Made by a program: the position numbers and the translations under genes
Assembly: GCA_964016885.1 (NCBI GenBank)
Contig: OZ024743.1
Coordinates: 127,348,001-127,412,000, forward strand
Direction of reading: 5' to 3'
DNA from: Eledone cirrhosa
Taxonomy: Eukaryota
DNA: 64,000 bases
The notes under the pieces: model-generated
Databases searched by the model: none
Seen by the model: only the letters and a program-made list of their open reading frames with translations
What the model was told of the DNA's origin: nothing
In this document: positions 1 through 13,365 of the stretch, in pieces
Layout: every line of letters begins with the position of its first letter
How positions within the stretch are numbered: position 1 is the first letter of the stretch

Positions 1-47
1 TCACCCGGTCTGAGAATTGAACTCACAACCTTTTGATTGCAAGGCCA
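1..47 (-). mobile_element. Fragment of the tRNA-like head of the CORE-type SINE family (cut by the window edge)
   Basis: Nearly identical to 2627-2673; B-box GTTCAATTC on the minus strand. Confidence 0.75.
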
Positions 48-239
48 CTATATATACACACACACACTATATATACACATACACACACACAGATAACGAA
101 GTCAATATACAGAATGGTTTCCATAATGCAGACAGCCAGACATACAGAGACATATTATAAGGGTGCGACATTATAGCTATGTATCTATCTAAAAAGACAG
201 AGTAAGAAAGAGAGAGGAATGTTGTATAACTGGAAGTGT

Positions 240-444
240 TGACATTTGAAAATTTTAAAGAAGTGAATATTTAAATAAACAATAACATATCTTTAATCTT
301 TTAACGAAATTTAGTAGACAAAAATACCCTCACTTTCTTACTTGGCAAAAGTTACATCTATGGTGCAAATTTGGTGCCGTTTGGTCCAGCCCTTTGGTGA
401 AAAGTTTGTTACATACATACGGCCGTCAGCTTTATTAATATAGA
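240..444 (-). mobile_element. Possible non-autonomous Helitron 5' end
   Basis: Minus strand begins TCTATATTAATAAAGCTG, then a (TATG) microsatellite and ACCAAATTTG, the usual layout of invertebrate Helitron 5' ends; no 3' CTAG hairpin found. Confidence 0.4.
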
Positions 445-519
445 TTATTACAGAGTGTTAAGAATTAAGCCGCACTATACTTCACCATCTCGTACCCTCC
501 TTCACTATTATTGTGGAAT

Positions 520-840
520 TAGACAGATAGTTGATGTTCTCACTGTCTCTTACTGTTAGTTCTATAGTAAATTGACAGATATTGCATTGTAGTAGTAAAT
601 TGACTGATATTGAACTATAGTAAATTCATGGGTAAAGAATTATAGCAGATTGACAAATATTGAACTATAGTAAATTGACAGATATTGACCTCTAACTGTA
701 AATTGACAGAAATTAACCTATAGTATTAAATTGACAAATTTAGAAATGTAGTAGTAAACTGACAGAAATTGAGATCTAGTAAATGGTTAGTTATCAAACT
801 ATAGTAAACTACGGATCTGAATGATTTCTGACTATAGAAT
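520..840. repeat. Degenerate ~25-27 bp minisatellite (TATAGTAAATTGACAGATATTGAAC)
   Basis: About 11 recurring AAATTGACAGA / AACTATAGTAAA units. Confidence 0.75.
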
Positions 841-2367
841 TAATCACACACACGAGCATATTATATGTACACACATACTCACACATGCTTAAAGAAATTA
901 AACATGTCAGCATAAAAGGTTGCGTATTTTGACAAAAATATTTAAAACTCTATGCATGTGTGTGTGTGCTTGTTTGTTGTATGTGTGTGTGTGTGCTTGT
1001 TTGTTGTATGTGTGTGTCTCTATGAGAGTGCAGAGAAATCTCAGTGGATGGGACTCAAGGAAGAGACTCAAGGAAGAGGTAGACAGAGGAAGACATGGAA
1101 TATAATAGTGAAGATCAACCTGAAGAAACTGAATCTTATGACAGATAACAAAGGACTGTTAGTATTGGCAACTTGCTTTACTGTAGAAGACCAACCTACC
1201 AGCTTAAAAATGTGAGCTGACCCATCACACACATATATGTATGCATGTATGTAACTACCTCTATCTCTTTCCATATATGTGTATGTATATAAACTAAATA
1301 TCTATCACTGTTGTTTCTGTCAACAGTTTATAATTCTTAAGCTGCTCACTCCCACACTCCCTCCTGCCTTCCTACAATCCAACCATCCTGCCATCCCACC
1401 ATCCTGCCATCTCAACATTTTTCTCTAGGACTTGTTTGTATCAGAAGTAACATAAAACCTATGTTTACTCTTTGATTTATATTCTGATTCTGGTTTAGAA
1501 CTAACTTATCTTCTAAGAGTTTCTCCCCATCACACACACAAACACACACATGCACACAGCCACACACCAAACATTGTTTCAAGTTCAAATGCAAACATTT
1601 CTGTTGAGCGTTAAGAAAATTGATAAACTTCTCAATACTTTTTACAGTGTGTATCCAGTTAAGAATAAAAGTACATCATATTCCTGAAAGTTGTTAGAGT
1701 TGATTAAATGGGTTGGTGCCTAAAAGAGCACCTGGCTGTAAAACATTGCTTTGAAAATGACTCTATGATTAATATGAAGCGTCATGAGGCTCTCAAGACT
1801 AACCACTGCTTTAGCAAGGAAAATGGTCTCAAAATGCTTATTATTGGTGTTTAATCAAACTCAGTCCACAATATAAATTTTGCAATGTTAAGTAGAATGA
1901 CCCCAAAACCTCATGTATGAGAGTAATGCTGGGTGTCAAACTCTCTGCTCATGTATCAAATATTGATTTATACAAAAAAGATAGAACCATCATCTTCCTT
2001 CAACTCAAAAATCACTTGCCCACTGAGCTTTCTGGATGACACATTGAAGCTCTCAGAAACGGAGCCCATGTACAAATACATGACATACATTCCACCACAA
2101 GGTGTGAAGAAGCCAGACTGGTACCACAAGTTTGGGTTCCTGGGTCACACATTGGGACTCCCAGAAACAGAACTCATGCCCACAAATGCACGGTGTACAT
2201 CTCACAACATGGTATGAGAAAGCCAAGGCGAGAGAAAAGACAATATTTGGAGAATAACCAGGTGCTTTTGAGTGACCAAGACTATTGTAGTAATGGTAGA
2301 AAAGATGAGGATAGAGACATCTGTGAGCGACTCATTCTCTCTCTTTAGGTATGTATATATATATATA

Positions 2368-2702
2368 TCATCATCATCATTTTACGTCCGCTTTTCCCTG
2401 CTTGCAAGGGTGGGACGGGAACTGATTCTGGCTTGATTTCTACAGCTGGATGCCCTTCCTAACACCAACCCCGTTTACAGTGAGTGCTGGGTGCTTTTTT
2501 GCCGTGGCACCTCCACGACCACTTTGCAGTGGAATGAGGGGGACCCCAGTCCCTATCATCTCATTTCTACAGCTGAATAAACTGGAGCAATGTGGAATAA
2601 AGTGTCTTGCTTAAGGAAACAAAACATCACCCGGTCTGAGAATTGAACTCACAACCTTTCGATTGCAAGGCCAATGCTCTAACCACTAAGACATGTGCCT
2701 CC
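2368..2702 (-). mobile_element. tRNA-derived CORE-type SINE with RTE-derived 3' tail
   Basis: Head GGAGGCACATG..TTAGTGGTTAGAGC with A and B boxes; CORE-like block CCTT(A/G)AGCAAGACACTTTA..CAGCTGTAGAAATG; tail GGGCATCCAGCTGTAGAAA..GACGTAAAA(TGA)n; paralogues at 19346 and 32217. Confidence 0.85.
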
Positions 2703-2716
2703 ATATATATATATAT

Positions 2717-3856
2717 ATCATCATCACCATCATCATCATCACCGTTTTACGTCCGTTCTTCCACGCTAGCATGGGTTAGACGGGTTGTCCTGTTGTGGGC
2801 AGTGTCTGGTCGGCTGACCATGCCTTGCTCATACAGGAACTGATCTGGCTTGATTTCTACAGCTGGATGCCCTTCCTAACACCAACCTCATTTACAGTGA
2901 GTGCTGGGTGCTTTTTCGTGGCGCCTACACGTCCACTTTACAGTGTGGGCTGGGTGCTTTTTTGCCGTGGCACCTCCACGACCACCTTGCGGTGGGGGGG
3001 GAGGGGGGCATATTGTTTATATGCTTCAGCATGTACCCATGGGAGGTCGGGTACCCTGTATTACTGCGTGACGCCAGAAGTCACGGTCGTGTGTCATTGA
3101 CTTTGAGAGGTGTAGTTGGGTAAGGTCGGCTTTTATCACCTCATCCCAAGTCATCTTGGGTCTCCCCACTCCGCGGTTTCCATCAACTTCTAGTGCTCTG
3201 CACCTTTTTATGCAGCTGTCATCCTTCATACGCATCACGTGTCCATACCAGCGTAACCGCCTCTCCTGCACGCAGCATTTGATTCCTCTTATGCTCAGTC
3301 TCTCTCTCAATTCATTTATGCTTTGTCGTTCACGTATATTACTGTTACACATCCATCGGAGCATGCAGGCTTCGTTTCTCTCTAATCTACGTAGGTCTTC
3401 CACCTTCAGCGCCCAGGTCTCACTACCATGCAACATCGCTGTTCGGATACACGCATCATACAGTCTGCCTTTCATTCTGAGGGAGAAGCCTTTTGCAGCT
3501 AGCAGTGGTAGTAGTTCCCTAAACTTCTTCCATCCCGTTCTTACCCTAGTTATTGTACTTTCTGAGCACCCACCTCCGTTGCTAATTCGGTCACCTAGGT
3601 AGCAGAAGCTGTCTACTGTTTCTACAGGGCCCTCCCAGAGATTGGTGGTACTTGTTTCCTGTGGCTGTTTGCTTGCTGTTTCAGCACAGCTGCTGCATGT
3701 GAATCCTACATTCTTAATTAAGCTTCCTGAGATCCCGCTACATCTCTTGTGTACCCATTGTTTGCATTTGGGGCAAAGAATGGAGTTCCTACCTACACCT
3801 TTCCTACACCTTTCCTACATACACCTTTCCTACATACTGAGCAAGGCCATTTCCCA
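2717..3856 (-). mobile_element. 5'-truncated RTE LINE (PHD finger to C-terminus, plus 3' UTR)
   Basis: ORF 3026-3475 with MLHGSETW, RLRWYGHV and GRPK.TW motifs; (ATG)n tail at ~2717; 5' break at a TA run. Confidence 0.9.
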
Positions 3857-3870
3857 TATAAAAATATATA

Positions 3871-6800
3871 TAAAAGCTTTTCTGGGTGGGAAATGACAAT
3901 GGGCTGGGGGTGGGGTATGAATCATGTTAGCAGAAAAATGGGTGGATAAGATAATAGACGTAAATAGAGTGAATGACAGAATAATTAAAATAAGACTTGT
4001 CCTAAATAGAATTACTGTGACAGTAATATCTGCGTACGCACCTCAATCCAGACTGCCTGGCGCTATAAAAGACAGATATCTATGAGACACTGATGCTCAC
4101 TACCTCCCAAATAACCGACAGTGACTATATAATTATTGCTGGCGACCTAAATGGTCACGTTGGACAACATTGTGACGGCTATGACAGAATCCACGGAGGC
4201 TATGGGTTTGGTACTAGAAATGAGGAAGGCTCCAGATTCCTGTAATTCTGTGACGCAAATAACCTAACTATCTGTAACACTAACTTTTAAATTCCATCTG
4301 TGATAACATTTTACACGTTTTTATTGTATGTAAACTTCCCCCTTTGTATTTGTCCCCTTCTTTTGTGCCCCTGTGGCTAATAAAGAAATATATCTGTAAC
4401 ACTAACTTCAAAAAACGAGACAATCACTTGATCACCTACAGATCAGGGGAACATACCAGCCAGGTAGATTATATCCTTACCAGAAGACGTGACAGAGTGT
4501 CTGTTGTAAACACTAAATCCATCCCCCATGAAGAATGCACCTCCCAACATAGACTCATAATTAGCGACCTCATAGTCAGGATGAGACGTACTAGACAACA
4601 GAAGAGGACTATCCTCAGGAGAAAAATATGGAAGCTAAAGGACCCCACAGCCAGAAATAAATTTAAAAGCATATTACTTGATGCTTTCGACAGTAAAGAA
4701 GAGCATTTAGAGTCGTACAATATAGAGGAACAGTGGGAATTCCTGAAAGCAAACCTGCTGATGGCGGCAGACGAAGTCTGTGGCTGGAGCAGGCCTATAG
4801 GCAGGAGGAGAGTAACGTGGTGGTGGAACAGTAAGGTGGAGGAATCAATTAAGGCCAAAAAGCAGGCTTGGAAAGTATGGCAGGATGGGGGAAGTAGAGA
4901 AGACTATCAAGTGGCCAGGAGGGAAGCTAGGAGACAAGTGTACTTCGCAAGAAGGGAAGCAGAGGAAAGAAAGTTCAAGCATGTTCTACAACGCGAGGAC
5001 CAAAAACGTGAGGTGTTCAGGATTGCTAGGCAATGTGTCAAGGAAAACCATGATATTGTCGGGGAGAAGTGTGTCCTTAATGATGATGGTGTACTTGCCA
5101 TCACTGACGCTGATAAGAAGGTAGCTTGGAAGTGTCACTACGAAAGGCTACTAAATGAGGAGAATAAATGAGAGAAAGACAGTCTCCCCCACATCGATCC
5201 AATAGAGGGACCAGCAGTGTTAGTTGAAGGTAGTATAATAAGTAAGGCAATCAAAGATATGAAGACAGGTAAGGCGGCTGGGCCTTCGGAAATAGTTGCT
5301 GAAATGCTGAAAGCTTCTGGAACGGTGGGACACACCATGGTCACCCAGATAGTAAACCAAGTCATACAGAATGGGGTTGTTCCGAAGGACTGGCGTAGCA
5401 GCATCATCATTAACTGCTACAAGGGTAAAGGAGATGCTCTAGATAGGAGTAACTATAGAGGCATTAAATTAATCAACCAGGTCATGAAGGTCACAGAAAA
5501 AGTAATAGCGCAACTAATCAGAGAGAGAATTGATCCAGATGAAATGCAGTTCGGGTTTGTGTCAGGCAAAAGTACCACAGACGCTCTTTTCATTGTACGA
5601 CAACTACAGGAGAAGTACCTAGCTAAAAGTAAACCCCTATACTTAGCTTTTGTCGACTTGGAGAAAGCCTTCGACAGAGTCCCCCGTGCCATTATCTGGT
5701 GGGCTCTTAGAAAACTAGGTGTTGATGAATGGCTTGTGAGAGCTATACAAGCCATGTATAAAGAAACAGTCAGCAAGGTTAGAATTAGCAACGAATATAG
5801 TGAAGAGTTTAGCGTAAAAGTTGGTGTTCATCAGGGCTCAGTTCTTATCCCCCTACTATTTATTATTGTCCTTCAGGCTATAACAGTGGAGTTCAAGACC
5901 GGCTGCCCATGGGAACTCCTATATGCAGATGATCTAACGCTCATAGCTGACTCAATGGCTGAACTAGAGAAGAAATTCCAAACATGGAAGCATGGCCTAG
6001 AATCAAAAAGCCTTAAAGTTAACTTGTCTAAGACTAAAGTTCTAGCTTGTAGGAAGGAAAATAGGGCACCGGTCCCATCCGAGAAATGGCCATGCTCAGT
6101 GTGTAGGAAAGGAGTAGGTAGAAACTCCATTTTATGTCCCAAATGCAAACTATGGGTGCATAAAAGATGTAGTGGGATCACAGGTAAGCTAACTAAGAAC
6201 ATAGATTTTATATGTGGCCGGTGCTCTGGTGCAATAAGTAGCAGCAAGTGCCCACAAAATACTAGCTCATTCCATTGCACAGATTGTTCTATAGAAATAG
6301 TGGACACCTTCCGTTACTTGGGTGACAAAATCAGCAGTGGTGGAGGGTGCTCTGAAAGTACAGTAGCTAGAGTCAGAACTGGATGGAAAAAGTTCAGAGA
6401 GCTTATACCACTATTAGCAGCTAAAGGGTTCTCTCTAAAAATGAAAGGCAGGCTGTATGATGCCTGCATACGAACAGCAATGTTACATGGCAGTGAGACC
6501 TGGGCATTGTGTGCAGAGGATATACGCAGACTGGAGAGGAACGAAGCTTGCATGCTCCGCTGGATGTGTAATGGTAATATACATGAACGTCAAAGCATAA
6601 ATGAACTAAGGGAAAAATTAGAAATAAGAGGGATCATATGTTGTTTACTCGAGAGAAGACTACGTTGGTATGGTCACGTGATGCGCATGAAAGACGACAG
6701 CTGTATAAAAAAGTGCAGGGCAATAAAAATAGACGGTAGCCACGGATTAGGCAGACCCAGAAAAACCTAGGACGACTTGATAAATTCTGACCTCACACAC

Positions 6801-7198
6801 TTACACCTCTCCAAGACAATGTCACTGGACCGAGATCTTTGGCGCTACACAGTAATAGAGAAGACCCGCCTTACCTAAGTACAAAGTGAAACCTACTACA
6901 GTCAGTAGGCACCTCTAACAAAATACACCCCCGTCCCACTACCCCCACCCCTTTCAATGTAAAGTTATGTTGGCACCACAACATTCAGTCCGAAACAAAT
7001 GAGATCGTGTAGGTGACACGACAAAAAAACACACAGTCCACGCTGTAATGTGGCCGTGTAGGTAACACGGTAAAAACCTCCCAGTCCACACTGTAGAAAA
7101 CCCGCCAGACAGTCCTATGCGAGCAAGACAACCACTCTTGCCTCAAGTGGGAAAACTCCCGTCCAAACCCATGCAAGCGTGGAAGATGGACGTTAATA
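3871..7198 (+). mobile_element. RTE LINE, 5'-truncated within the APE domain, disrupted
   Basis: APE motifs (GDLNGHVG, SQVDYIL, SQHRL); RT motifs (DLEKAFD, QGSVL, YADD) in ORF 5217-6770; TGG>TGA/TAG stops at ~5171 and ~6770; 104 bp insertion at 4287-4390. Confidence 0.95.
4287..4390 (+). mobile_element. 104 bp 3' end of a non-LTR element (Tx1/L1-like) inserted in the RTE, with an 18 bp TSD
   Basis: TATCTGTAACACTAACTT at 4269-4286 and 4391-4408; insert ends AATAAAGAAATA; similar to ~52800-52910; absent from the RTE copy at ~24520. Confidence 0.8.
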
Positions 7199-7844
7199 AA
7201 TACATACACACATGCACACATATATATGTGCAATTTTTACACTCATTACAAATAACTTTTGGTAAGCAGTCTGAGTACAGATTTACACATTTAATACGTT
7301 TAAATCCTGTCTCATTGAGTAAGTAATAAGGCTAGAGGGGCACAGTGAATATTTTCCCCTATATATATATATATATATGATTCACCTTCCCTGCACCCCA
7401 ACACTTTCCCAACCCAGGAAATGACAGACACCACTTGATCCAAGCTGTATATAAATGCCTCTCTTTTAAGCCACCAAGTACAGTGAGGTACCATCATGAC
7501 CCTCACACCCAACATTGTAATGCTGATACCAAAATATCACTCCATCACAACTGTACACTGAGCACCATAGTGCTGTAATGAAATAATATGGTAATGAAAT
7601 AATATGGTAATGAAATAGTGCAGTAATGAAATAGTGCTGGTGTCACTACAAAAGTACTCAGTCCATTATGTAAGGTGGTAGTATCGGAGTCACGATAAGA
7701 TGCTCCCAGTACACTCTGTACAGTGGTTAGTGTTAGAAAGGGTATCAAGCTGTATACGTAAGTCAAAACAAAGTGATTGAGCATGTCACCTGACCTGTAC
7801 ATGACAGTCATCTAACCCATGTAATATATACATACATGCATATA

Positions 7845-8292
7845 TCATCATCATCATCATCATCAACGTTTAACGTCCGTGTTCCACGCTTGCATGGGTT
7901 TGGACGGGGGTAGTCCCACTTGAGGCAAGAGTGATTGTCTTGCTCGCATAGGACTGTCTGGCAGGTTTTCTACAGTTGGATGCCCTTCCTAACACCAACC
8001 ACATTTACAGTGTGGGTCTGGGAGGTTTTTATCGTGTTGCCTACACGGCCACATTACAGCGTGGACTGTGTGTTTTTTTTGTCGTGACACCTACACGATC
8101 TCATTTGTTTCGGCCTCGATGGCGCGGCACCAACATAACTTTACATAGAACGGGGTGGTGTGGATGGGGTGGGGGCGGGGGTGGTGGGACGGGGTGTATT
8201 TTGTTAGAGATGCCTACTGGCTGGAGTAGGTTTTACTATATATTTAGGTAAGGCGGGTCTTCTCTGTTACTGAGTACCGCCAAAGGTCTCGA
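7845..8292 (-). mobile_element. Young RTE 3' end (mostly 3' UTR), 5'-truncated
   Basis: Near-identical to 58245-58686; flanked by TA runs. Confidence 0.9.
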
Positions 8293-8483
8293 TATATATA
8301 TATTGATGTTAGTTTATTGCTGGAGTGTTGTATTTTATTGGTGTTATCAGGTTTAAGCACTCCACGTCAGTTGTATCTAAATAAAATCTGGGTTCGCTTT
8401 GACTAGTGACCAATGGAGTATTAGTATGTTAATAAATCTGAAAACCCAGTTTTACTTTTTCATACTTCAATTAATTAAATAAT

Positions 8484-8663
8484 TGTTTCTACTTTAGGCA
8501 CAAGGCCAGCAATTACCCAGTGCATTACTGGTACTTTATTTTATCGACCCCGTAAGGATGAAAGGCAAAGTCAACCTCGGCGGGATTTGAACTCAGATCG
8601 TAAAGGGACGTAACTATGCTGGAAAGCATGGCGTCCGACCCACTGCCAATCCACCGCCAATCG
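8484..8663 (-). mobile_element. tRNA-derived SINE with a Meta-domain-like middle
   Basis: GAGTTCAAATCCCGCCGAGG..CTTTGCCTTTCATCCTTACGGGGTCGATAAA; TSD ATTAATTAAATAAT at 8470-8483 and 8664-8677. Confidence 0.9.
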
Positions 8664-8678
8664 ATTAATTAAATAATG

Positions 8679-8757
8679 ACTGTTATGTGCATTTCAAATG
8701 TGTCAGACGATAGTGACATAAGAATAACATAACTTCAACAAGTCATCGTCAGACAGT
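8679..8757 (-). ncRNA. Type I hammerhead ribozyme motif (degenerate)
   Basis: actgt CTGACGA [stem II] GAAA tgcaca TA acagt; stem I actgt/acagt. Confidence 0.6.
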
Positions 8758-9039
8758 ATTTCACGAAGTTGATGACATGAAAACCATAAGACATAGGTTG
8801 TTGAGTATCCAAATATGTTGATCAAAATTTGGACTATCAACGACCTGAATCCTGCAATCTGCATATCACCAACTTTGTGAAATACTGCCTGATGATGATA
8901 TGTTAGAGTTATATTCTTACTTAACTATTGCTTGATACTTCTGAAATTTATATAATAGTCATAATTTAATGAATTGAATTATGGAAGCGTAAAATGGTGT
9001 CTTCATATTTATTAAAACACAACACACATGCACATACAT

Positions 9040-9230
9040 ACACACCTACACAAACACACATATATATACTTCATTTTTGTGTGTTGTCACAAAAACAAGA
9101 TGGTGTAGGACAGAACAAAGGAGAGACACAAAATAAAAACCCATTCACTGAGGAAGTCACAGAATGTCTGACAAAAGAGCTTTGACAATATATAAACAAC
9201 CATCCGATTATCGAACCAACCAACCGGAAA
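9040..9230 (+). mobile_element. Degenerate copy of the Penelope-like pLTR seen at 17930-18390
   Basis: GTAGGACAGAACAAAGGAGAG..CACTGAGGAAGTCACAGA..AACCAACCAACC. Confidence 0.7.
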
Positions 9231-9815
9231 CTGGGGTGCTGCTGTGAGAAGGGTTCAGCGTGGCCAACTGGCCTATCCATCCTCATAGTGGTGTCATCCA
9301 TTGTCGGGCCCTGAAACTGTGATTTCGCTGTGAGATGGGTTTGACATGGCCAACTGTCCTGTCCCTCCTCATGGTGGAATCATGTGGCTTCCAATACCTG
9401 AACTGAAGGTCCACTGTGTGAGGGGTTCGGCGCGGTCAACTGGCCTATTTCTTCTCATAGCTGTGCCATCCGATACTAGGCCAGAAAACTATGGCTATGC
9501 TGTGAAATGAGTTTGGCTTCTTGTCAATGCCATCCAGTACAAGGCTATAACTGGCACATAGTGGTGCCATCCATTGCCAGGCTCCCAAACTCTGGGTCTG
9601 CACCTGTCCCACCTCATTCAGTACTGGACTCAAAAAGGGTGATTACACTGTGAGATGGGTTAGGCTCCTTGTATCGGTGCCAGCCAGTACTGGGCTCCTA
9701 AACTATGGTTCTGCTGTGAGTTGGGTCGGACTCCAAAACTGTGGTTCCATTGTAAGACGAGTTTCGTGTGGCCAACAGGTCTGTCCCTTCTTATGACGGA
9801 ACCATCCAGTGCTAC
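9230..9815. repeat. Degenerate ~80-90 bp GC-richer minisatellite, followed by an RTE-type tail (to ~9960)
   Basis: Recurring CTGTGAGATGGGTT..TGGCCAACTGGCCT..CCATCCAGTACT..AAACTGTGG. Confidence 0.7.
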
Positions 9816-10774
9816 ACCGTAAATGTGGTTGGTGTTAAGAAGGGCATCCAGCTGTAAAAAAAACGGCCAAATTTACACTCCTCGCCAAAGGTGCAACATA
9901 GCCAACCATGGCTATCTAACCCATGCAAGCAAGGAAGAATTAATGCTAAACAGTAATGATAATATATATATATGTGTGTGTGTGTGTACATATCTTTAAT
10001 TGGATGAAATGCTTTGAAAGCACAAAGACATATCTGAGGAACTTGTGAATGCCAGGTCAGGTTTGATCTGTAACAGATGCCATTTCCCTGGGGGAATCTG
10101 AGTTTTGTTTTCTCATCTACTTACTAGGACCTTAGTCTTTGTCAGGTTGACTTTGAGACTCCTTCTTTCTAGTCCCTGCTTCCATGTTTGGAATATCTTC
10201 TCTAGTTCCACTGACACAGACCAATATTTACACTCACACACTTTCCTCATTTTTGACGAAAGTCTATTTATACTTCTCTCCTTTTGGAGTTAAAATTTAT
10301 GCAACTTGTCTGCACCATATCATATCCTGTTTTCAGTCATAACACTTATTGTTTGTGTATTTGTTTTGTTGACCTTGTGGAAAGACATTCCCTTGTCCTC
10401 TCTTTCATTGCTGTTGTGTTGTCTCATATACAACTTTCCGTTGTGCAACCTGGGGTCAATATTATGCAACTCTCATGTATGAAATTCCTTTGACCACGGT
10501 CGAGCTGATGCTTTTGTTCATTTTTTTTTCTATGTACAACTTTGATATATATATATAAATATAGTGTAACTAAATCTAGTTCTCAGTTTCTAGAAACAAT
10601 GTGAGACACCATTTTGGCTTAACATACGTTGAGTGGATTGCTGCTTATATATAGTGGTGTGTAAAATAATATATACATATATACCAGGTCTGAACACAAA
10701 GTAACCAAATTCCCACTGTCACTGCATCCATCACTCCCACTCTCCTCATCTTTCACTATCATGAGTAAATGGGG

Positions 10775-11335
10775 GGCCCACATGCTGGCTGCATAGAGAA
10801 GGCATTTTCCCTGGAGGATGGTGAGGGAGATGTATTGGAAGAGCCATTCCAGCTTATGAGGCTCACACCTGCAGGTAGCCAACTCTGTGCTGATGGTGGT
10901 GAGTAATGAGGTGGCCCTAGCTTCAAGGACACCAGAAGTCTCTACTGCTCTGGGATTGACCAGAGAACGACCGATATTTGGAGAGTTTATCCTCTTCGGC
11001 CCGAAGTGCAACAGAGCCTGGGTTAGTCACGGACTGCACCAGTTTGCTGCATGTGGCATCCCAGATGAGGGGTTTACCATTGTGAAACGAGAAGATAGTC
11101 ATGCCATCTGACCTTCAGTCCAACCCTACTGGCTCGAGCAGGGAGGGGAAGCCTACAGCATTCAAGCCATACTTTATGATGACCTTGTTGAGAGCATCAT
11201 GACGTGGAATGCAGCAGGCACTCTAGTGACAAGACAGCAGGTGGAACTGCAATGTGGCTCACAGATCCAGAGGGAAACCCCAATTTGTAGGCTATAATTA
11301 TCAGTCGAAAAGGAGGGTAAGGCATTGAGCCAGAC
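10775..11335 (-). mobile_element. CRE-clade non-LTR retrotransposon remnant (C-terminal restriction-like endonuclease)
   Basis: Minus-strand translation with frameshifts: RHDALN..GFPSLLEPVGLD..SDGMTI..GKPLIWDATC..AEEDKLSKY..AVETSG..WLFQYISLTILQGNA. Confidence 0.75.
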
Positions 11336-13301
11336 TAGCATGGGTTAGACGGGAGTTGTGCCACTTGAGGCAAGGTTGGTTGGTTGGTTGGGTGACCATG
11401 TCTCGCTCATATAGGAGTATCTGGCAGGTTTTCTACGACTGGATGCCCTTCCTAACACCAACCACATTTACAGTGTGGAACTGGGAACTTTTTACCGTGT
11501 TACCTACACGGCCACATTACAGCGTGGACTGTGTGTTTTTTTTCTCGTGACACCTACACGATCTCGATCTCATTTATTTGGACTGGATGTTGTGGTACCA
11601 ACTTTACAGAGAGAGGCTGGTGTTGGTGGGAGTGGGAGGATAGGGTAGTGGATTGGGGTGTGTATTTGGTTAAGAGGTGCCTACTGACTCTAGGTTTCGC
11701 TTTGTACATAGGCAAGGTGGGTCTTCTGTATTACTGCGTAGCACCAAAGATCTCGGTCCAGTGACATTGTCTTAGAGAGGTGCAAGTGTGTAAGGTCGGA
11801 ATTTATCAGATCGTCCCAGGTTTTTCTGGGTCTAGCTACTCTGTAGTTACCATCAATTATGATCGCCTGCACTTTTTTATACAGCTGTCGTCTTTCATGC
11901 GTGTCACGTGGCCATACCAACATAGTTTTCTCTTGTGTAAACAGCATTTGATCCCTCTTATTCCTAATTTCTCACTTAGTTCATTTATGCTTTGCCGTTC
12001 ACGTATATTACTATTACACATCCAACGGAACATGCATGCTTCATTCCTTTCCAGTCTGCACAGGTCCTCTGCATGCAAGGCCCATGTCTCACTGCCATGT
12101 AGCATTGCTGTTCATATACAAGCATCATACAATCTGCCTTTCATTTTTAGAGAGAAACCTTTTGTGGCCAACAGCGGTATTAGCTCTCTGAACTTTTTTC
12201 CTCCCGTTCTGACTCTGGCTACTGTACTTTCAGAACACCCTCCACCACTGCTGATTTCGTCACCCAGGTAACGGAAAGTGTCTACTATTTCTATAGAACC
12301 ATCTGGGCAATAGAAGGGGCTAGTATCTTGTGGATACTTGCTACCTATTGCACCTGAGCATTGGCCACATATAAAGTCTACGTTCTAAGATAGTTTACCT
12401 GTTGTCCCAATACATGTACCCATACTTTGCATTTGGGACATAAAATTGAATTTCTGCCTACTCCTTTCCTACACACTGAGCAAGGCCATTTCCCTGAGGG
12501 TAGCTGTGCCATGTTTTCCTTTCTACAAACTAGGACTTTAGTCTTAGACAAGTTAACTTTAAGGCCTTTTGATTCTAGGCCATGCTTCCATGTTTGGAAT
12601 TTCTTTTTGAGTTCAGCCATTGATTCAGCTATGAGCGTTAGATCATCTGCGTTTAGAAGTTCCCACGGGCAGCCAGTCTTGAACTCCTCTGTTATAGCTT
12701 GAAGGGCAATAATAAATAGGAGGGGGCTAAGGACAGAGCCTTGGTGAACACCAACTTTTACACTAAATTCTTCACAATATTCATTGTTAATTCTAACCTT
12801 ACTGACTGTTTCATTATACATAGCTTGTATAGCTCTCACAAGCCATTCATCTACACCTAGTTTTCTAAGAGCCCACCAGATAATGGAACGGGGGACTTTG
12901 TCGAAGGCTTTTTCCAGGTCTCAAAAGCTAAGTAGAGGGGTTTACTTTTAGCTAGGTACTTTTCTTGTAGTTGTCGTACGAGGAAAAGAGCATCTGTGGT
13001 ACTTTTACCTGACACAAACCCAAACTGCATTTCTCTAGATCAATTTGCTTTCTGATTAGTTGCGCTATAACTCTTTGTGTGACCTTCATGACCTGGTCAA
13101 CTAACTTAATGCCTCTATAGTTTCCTCTATCTAGAGCATCTTTTTTACCCTTGTAGCAGTTAATGATGATGCTGCTACGCCAGTCCTTCGGAACAACCCC
13201 ATTCTGTATGACTTGGTTTACTATCTGGGTGACCATGGTGTGTCCCACCGTTCCAGAAGCTTTCAGCCAGTCTTTTGGTGTGACCCCATTCTGTATTACT
13301 T
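11336..13301 (-). mobile_element. Degraded RTE LINE (RT to 3' UTR)
   Basis: ORFs 11857-12105, 12378-12839 and 12952-13248 are homologous to the other RTE copies; multiple frameshifts. Confidence 0.9.
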
Positions 13302-13365
13302 GTATGTGTGTATATATGTGTGTGTGTATATATATATATATGTATGTATGTAAGTATGTATGTAT

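Larger units (their letters stand above)
8427..9016. mobile_element. Imperfect palindromic non-coding element with a hammerhead motif in each arm, interrupted by a SINE
   Basis: Arms are reverse complements around ~8820 (e.g. CAGTATTTCACGAAGTTG vs CAACTTTGTGAAATACTG); HHR motifs at 8679-8757 (-) and 8884-8959 (+). Confidence 0.7.

Noticed and set aside
1933-2217. Host exon or gag-like zinc-knuckle remnant (YIPP..GFLGHT)
   Set aside because: Cysteines are missing and there is no splice or homology support
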